From Nautiliaceae bacterium (GTDB taxonomy: Bacteria > Campylobacterota > Campylobacteria > Campylobacterales > Nautiliaceae): 20,281 nt of DNA. This document shows, in pieces, positions 16,453 through 20,281 of this stretch. The stretch spans positions 1 to 20,281 of the forward strand of contig JBDONT010000034.1 in NCBI GenBank assembly GCA_039831155.1. Reading direction: 5' to 3'. The position numbers were made by a program, and so were the translations under genes. How positions within the stretch are numbered: the first letter of the stretch is position 1; every line of letters starts with the position of its first letter. A model generated the notes under the pieces. It was not told the DNA's origin and ran no database searches. It was given only the letters and a program-made list of their open reading frames with translations.

Positions 16453-17606
16453 AAATTTACAAACTTAACTGCGATACGAATTTAAAAAATCTTTTGCAGC
16501 GTCTAGGGGTAGATAAGCCGGGGATTGAAATTATGGCTAAAAAAAAGAGTGAATTTTTATTTTATATAAAAGATATAAGCTGCGGGGGAGCAAATATTTT
16601 AAAACAAGACGCCCTTAGTATCGGAGCCGAACTTGCGGTGCCAATAGGAGTTCCAAATTGTAAGAAAGAAGTAGTGGATGCAGTTTTGATGTGTAATAAA
16701 AAACAGCTTGAAATTCTTGCCAAAAAAGAACTTGCCCAGCCTTTTAAATTGAGACTTCTTGCAAAAAAATTAAAAGAGTTTATAAATTTGCCAGAATTTC
16801 CTATAAAGATTATGGGGGTTATAAATGCAAATGATGATAGTTTTTTTGAAGGGAGTCGTTTTAAAGGGGCTGATGCTATAAAAGTTATTGAAAAAATGAT
16901 AAGTGACGGTGCTAAACTTATAGATATAGGAGGGGTTTCAAGCAGACCCGGGAGTGAGTATCCGGGAGTTGAAGAGGAGCTTAGAAGAGTTAAGCCTATA
17001 ATTGATGAGATTTATAAAAGCAGACTTTATGAAAAAGTAATATTTAGTATTGATACCTTTGAGCCAAAAGTGCTTGAGTATGCACTTGATAGAGGTTTTA
17101 AGATAGCAAATGATATAACGGGGCTTGAAAATGATGAGTATGCAAAGGTTGTGGCAAAATATGGGGCTAGTGTTGTTATTATGCATAAAAAAGGGACTCC
17201 AAAGGATATGCAGATTAATCCATTTTATGAAAATGTGATTTTAGAGGTGGATAAATTTTTTGAAGAGAGAATTCAAAAAGCTAAAAGTTTTGGAATAAAA
17301 GATATTATATTAGATGTCGGGATTGGATTTGGAAAAAGGCTTGAAGATAATTTGGCTTTGATTAAACATATGGAGCACTTTTTGCATTTTGGATATGAGC
17401 TTTTAATAGGTGCAAGCAGAAAGTCAATGATTGATATGATTATGCAAAAAGAGGGAATTTCTCTGCCTCCAAGCAAGAGGCTTCCCGGGACGCTGGCTTT
17501 GCATATTGAAGCCGTTAGGAATGGGGCTAGTATTGTAAGGGCTCATGATGTGGCTGAACATTTTCAGGCTATTAGAGTTTTTGAAGAGATGAGGGAGTTT
17601 ATTTAA
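16449..17606 (+). CDS. folP: Dihydropteroate synthase with N-terminal extension
   Basis: IMGVINANDDSF, IDIGGVSSRPG, SIDT, DVGIGFGK, GASRKS, IVRAHDV. About 115 extra N-terminal aa including ANILKQDALSIGAELA. Confidence 0.96.
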   Translation: MKIYKLNCDTNLKNLLQRLGVDKPGIEIMAKKKSEFLFYIKDISCGGANILKQDALSIGAELAVPIGVPNCKKEVVDAVLMCNKKQLEILAKKELAQPFKLRLLAKKLKEFINLPEFPIKIMGVINANDDSFFEGSRFKGADAIKVIEKMISDGAKLIDIGGVSSRPGSEYPGVEEELRRVKPIIDEIYKSRLYEKVIFSIDTFEPKVLEYALDRGFKIANDITGLENDEYAKVVAKYGASVVIMHKKGTPKDMQINPFYENVILEVDKFFEERIQKAKSFGIKDIILDVGIGFGKRLEDNLALIKHMEHFLHFGYELLIGASRKSMIDMIMQKEGISLPPSKRLPGTLALHIEAVRNGASIVRAHDVAEHFQAIRVFEEMREFI

Positions 17607-17616
17607 GGAGGGGAAA

Positions 17617-18510
17617 ATGGATATTAAAAATTCTCTTACTAATTTGATTGTAAGGATAATTTCACTTGATAGTGCTTTTTTAGTTCCTCAAAATGAGGTC
17701 GGAATAGTTGAGAGGTTTGGAAAATTTAAAAAAATTGCAAGGGCTGGGCTTAACTTTAAATTACCTTTTATTGACAGTGTCGGTTATCAGACTCTTAGAA
17801 TCCAGCAGCTTGATGTTGATGTTTCAACCAAGACAAAAGATAATGTGTTTTGTACCGTTCAAGTTTCCGTTCAATACAGAGTAGAGGATGATGATGAAAA
17901 GATTTATAAATCGGTATATGAGCTTGAAAACGCAAGAGAGCAGATTACTTCTTATGTTTTTGATGTGGTGCGTTCAGAAGTTCCAAAACTTAGTATTGAT
18001 GAAATTTTTAACGAAAAAGGTAAAATCGCAAGGGCTATAAAAGAGGGAGTCGGAGAGGCGATTGAGAGTTTTGGGTATAAGATAATTCAAACTCTTGTGA
18101 CTGATATTAAAGTTGATGAGAGAATTATAAAAGCTATGAACGATATAGTTGCAAGCGAGAGAGAAAAAAGAGCGGCTATTGAAAAAGCCGAGGCTAAGAA
18201 AATTTTGATGATAAAAGAGGCTGAAGCGGAAGCCGAGGCTAAAAAACTTCAAGGTCAAGGTATTGCAAACCAGAGAATTGAGATTATAAAAGGTTTTGCA
18301 CAATCTATAAATGAGCTTAAAGATACCAATATTTCAGAAGAGGAAATTTTAAGGTTTGTGCTTTTGACTCAATATTTTGATACTTTAAAAGATGTCGCAA
18401 GCAGTGAGAGTAATACCATTATGCTTCCGGGGTCTCCAAGAGGATTTAGCGATATAAGTGAAGAGATTAGAGAAGCGATAATCAGTGCAAATTTAATAAA
18501 AGAGAAGTGA
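17617..18510 (+). CDS. SPFH/Band-7 domain protein (HIR-like subgroup)
   Basis: IVERFGKF..GLNFKLPFID, TKTKDNVF, SYVFDVVRSEVP, AEAEAEAKKLQGQGIANQR, TQYFDTL. Confidence 0.92.
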   Translation: MDIKNSLTNLIVRIISLDSAFLVPQNEVGIVERFGKFKKIARAGLNFKLPFIDSVGYQTLRIQQLDVDVSTKTKDNVFCTVQVSVQYRVEDDDEKIYKSVYELENAREQITSYVFDVVRSEVPKLSIDEIFNEKGKIARAIKEGVGEAIESFGYKIIQTLVTDIKVDERIIKAMNDIVASEREKRAAIEKAEAKKILMIKEAEAEAEAKKLQGQGIANQRIEIIKGFAQSINELKDTNISEEEILRFVLLTQYFDTLKDVASSESNTIMLPGSPRGFSDISEEIREAIISANLIKEK

Positions 18511-19142
18511 TGTATTCAAGGCAAATTGAGGTTATAGGCAAAGAAAATCAGGAAATTTTAAGCCAAAAAAGCGTTTTAGTAGTCGGGGCTGGGGGACTTG
18601 GGAATATTATTGTAACTACTATTAGTTGTATAGGACTTAAAAAAATTTATATTATTGATTTTGATGAGATTGAAATCCATAATATTCACAGGCAGTTTCA
18701 GTTTTGTGAGGGGGATTGTGGTAAGAGCAAAAGTGTTACGTTAAGTGAAAAGTTAAATAAAAGATGTAAAGATACCGAAATTATAGGTATTAATAAGAAA
18801 TTTGACAGTAGCTTGGAATTGGATGTGGATTTGGTTTTTGATGCTACGGATAATTTTGAAGTAAGACGTGAAATTGATAAATTTGCTAAAATTCGCTCAA
18901 TTCCCTGGATTTATGCAAGTGTTGAAGAGTTTAGAGGGCAGGTCGGGGTATTTAAAAACACCTCTTTTGAAATTTTTGCTACAAAAGAGCATAATGTAAA
19001 AGGACAAATTCCTATGATGGTAAATTTGATAGGCTCAATATCCTCTATGCTTGGGCTTAAAGTTTTAATTGGTAATCAAAAAGAGGTTTTTTATTTTGTG
19101 GATTTTAAAGAGGATTTAGAGATAAAAAAGTTCAGGTTTTAA
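18510..19142 (+). CDS. ThiF/MoeB/HesA-family adenylyltransferase
   Basis: YSRQ, VLVVGAGGLG, IIDFDEIEIHNIHRQ, DATDNFEVR. Start is GTG 18507 or ATG 18510. Confidence 0.88.
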   Translation: MYSRQIEVIGKENQEILSQKSVLVVGAGGLGNIIVTTISCIGLKKIYIIDFDEIEIHNIHRQFQFCEGDCGKSKSVTLSEKLNKRCKDTEIIGINKKFDSSLELDVDLVFDATDNFEVRREIDKFAKIRSIPWIYASVEEFRGQVGVFKNTSFEIFATKEHNVKGQIPMMVNLIGSISSMLGLKVLIGNQKEVFYFVDFKEDLEIKKFRF

Positions 19143-19159
19143 ATTCTAATTAATATTTG

Positions 19160-19207
19160 TTACATTTTTGTAAATTACGTTTTTATATTGTAGTTTTTTG
19201 TTATAAT
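19160..19207 (+). promoter_or_regulatory. cas6 promoter with upstream inverted repeat
   Basis: TGTTATAAT (19199-19207). TTACA-TTTT-TGTAA dyad (19160-19173). AGAGG Shine-Dalgarno before ATG 19226. Confidence 0.55.
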
Positions 19208-19225
19208 TTTTTAAAAAGAGGTTGT

Positions 19226-19927
19226 ATGAGATATTTTGAGGTTAAGATTTCTACTTCTCTAAAAGCTCCAATCCATTTTCAAAAGTCTCCCGAGGCTATT
19301 GGAAAGCTGATTTCTACCGCCTTAATTAATAGTGGATATAAAGAGCATAATCAAAAAAAGCCAAAACCTTATGTATTTTCAAATTTAGGCAGAGCTGATG
19401 AAAACGGATATTTTAAAGATGGAGAGATTGTTTTTAGAAGTTTTGATGAAAATTTGGCAAAGATGGTAAGTAAAGAGCTTTTGTTTTATGAGGATAATAT
19501 TTTTAAAATTAATTCCATTGCTTTTAAGGAAGTGCCTTATAGGTTTATTGAGGCGGTTGTAAGTGTTAATCCTGTGTTTGTGAAGATAAAAGAGACTAAG
19601 AAGTTTTGGACTTTAATAGAGGGTGATATTAATACTCTTTTAAAAGCGTTGCAAAGCAATTTATTGAGAAAATATGAACAGAGTTTTAATGAAAAATTAA
19701 ATCCAACTAATAATTTTATTGAATATTTGCAAATTAAGAATAACACTCCTCAAACTTTTATTTATAAAGGAGGCAGACTTTTTGGCAATAAACTCTATTT
19801 TGTGCCAAGGAGCGATGAAGTCTCTCAAAAACTTGCGTTTAGTGCGTTAGCGTGCGGGCTTGGGCATATGAATTCAAGTGTTGGGGGAGGATTTTGTAAA
19901 AAAGTAAAACCGACACATTTTGACTAA
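19226..19927 (+). CDS. cas6: CRISPR-associated endoribonuclease Cas6
   Basis: C-terminal Gly-rich loop ALACGLGHMNSSVGGGF, plus KPYVFS and NLLRKY motifs; 233 aa. Confidence 0.88.
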   Translation: MRYFEVKISTSLKAPIHFQKSPEAIGKLISTALINSGYKEHNQKKPKPYVFSNLGRADENGYFKDGEIVFRSFDENLAKMVSKELLFYEDNIFKINSIAFKEVPYRFIEAVVSVNPVFVKIKETKKFWTLIEGDINTLLKALQSNLLRKYEQSFNEKLNPTNNFIEYLQIKNNTPQTFIYKGGRLFGNKLYFVPRSDEVSQKLAFSALACGLGHMNSSVGGGFCKKVKPTHFD

Positions 19928-19933
19928 AAGTTC

Positions 19934-19942
19934 TGATATACT
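19934..19942 (+). promoter_or_regulatory. Extended -10 upstream of the gene after cas6
   Basis: TGATATACT (TGn-TATACT), followed by GGAGGAG Shine-Dalgarno at 19969-19975. Confidence 0.55.
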
Positions 19943-19977
19943 TTTAAAAATCAAAGCAGTTCTGTTTTGGAGGAGAG

Positions 19978-20281
19978 ATGATTAAAGAAATTGTGAATTT
20001 AGGAAGAGTAGTAAATCCTTTGGCTTCTGTATTTACTATGAAGATTGATAGTTTAGATGTTGTGAGAGTTGATATTAATAAAAATTATGTAGCAGATATT
20101 TATATTGATAGTGTGGAAAGTAAGGAAGATTTTTTAAAAGCTGGGATTTTTAGGGAAAGACAGAGTAATAAAATTATTTTGTTTCCTGGCTCTTTTGTGA
20201 TGGAGATTGAAAGAGATAATGTTAAAACTAAACTTGATTTCTTTGAAAATGGTTTGAAGTATGTTGAAAGTGAATTTTTGG
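19978..20281 (+). CDS. 3'-truncated ORF, probable type I-B Cascade large subunit (Cas8b/TM1802-like)
   Basis: Absent from the ORF track. Open to the window end: MIKEIVNLGRVVNPLASVFTMKIDSLDVVRVDINK... Strong SD and directly after cas6. The MIxxIxxLG start resembles Cas8b N-termini. Confidence 0.5.
   Translation, partial: MIKEIVNLGRVVNPLASVFTMKIDSLDVVRVDINKNYVADIYIDSVESKEDFLKAGIFRERQSNKIILFPGSFVMEIERDNVKTKLDFFENGLKYVESEFL

Noticed and set aside
3744-19225. Upstream starts given by the ORF track (3744, 5270, 8741, 8785, 9801, 13620, 19157)
   Set aside because: They run through promoter regions or neighbouring genes. Downstream starts have SD sequences and match family N-termini.
431-19746. Short antisense or alternate-frame ORFs in the track (e.g. 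431-694, 822-1058, 1957-2340, 6534-6902, 13666-14010, 17974-18303, 19537-19746)
   Set aside because: They lie within or opposite well-supported genes, have the F/L/I/S-rich composition of shadow frames, and show no motifs.
17617-19927. SPFH + E1-like + Cas6 as one ubiquitin-like defence system
   Set aside because: No E2, JAB or ubiquitin-like gene is present. cas6 has its own promoter, and short ThiF/MoeB proteins are common housekeeping genes in this phylum.
19143-20281. CRISPR array or leader near cas6
   Set aside because: No regularly spaced direct repeats are visible in the window.
16800-20281. Apparent depletion of C-ending codons from mid-folP onward (possible recombination tract)
   Set aside because: Impression by eye only. 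A sliding-window GC3/skew calculation is needed, and strand skew could explain it.

Overview
AT-rich, very compact chromosomal window. Gene content and order (hemW-rppH-lysC-hobA-holB-folP, flgH with a sigma-54 promoter, MutS7) point to Campylobacterota, probably a Nautiliaceae-like hydrothermal lineage (inference). A housekeeping core is flanked by two defence loci, both cut by the window edges. Left edge: the 3' part of an McrC-family nuclease overlapping a Wadjet JetD/DUF2220-like Toprim gene, then an RHH-MazF/PemK toxin-antitoxin pair coupled to prmC. Right edge: cas6 and the start of a probable type I-B cas8b. The core holds an MFS transporter, moeA, a small secreted protein, a MutS-HNH fusion (MutS7), kdsB, a methyltransferase-YkgJ-TPR-trpC cluster, flgH, an HIR-like SPFH gene and a ThiF/MoeB-like gene. 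Structure not shown by the ORF track: a probable nested aspartokinase beta-subunit start, symmetric bidirectional -10 cores at divergent junctions, and a period-7 repeat at the 5' end of hemW. No RNA genes, CRISPR array or transposase were seen.
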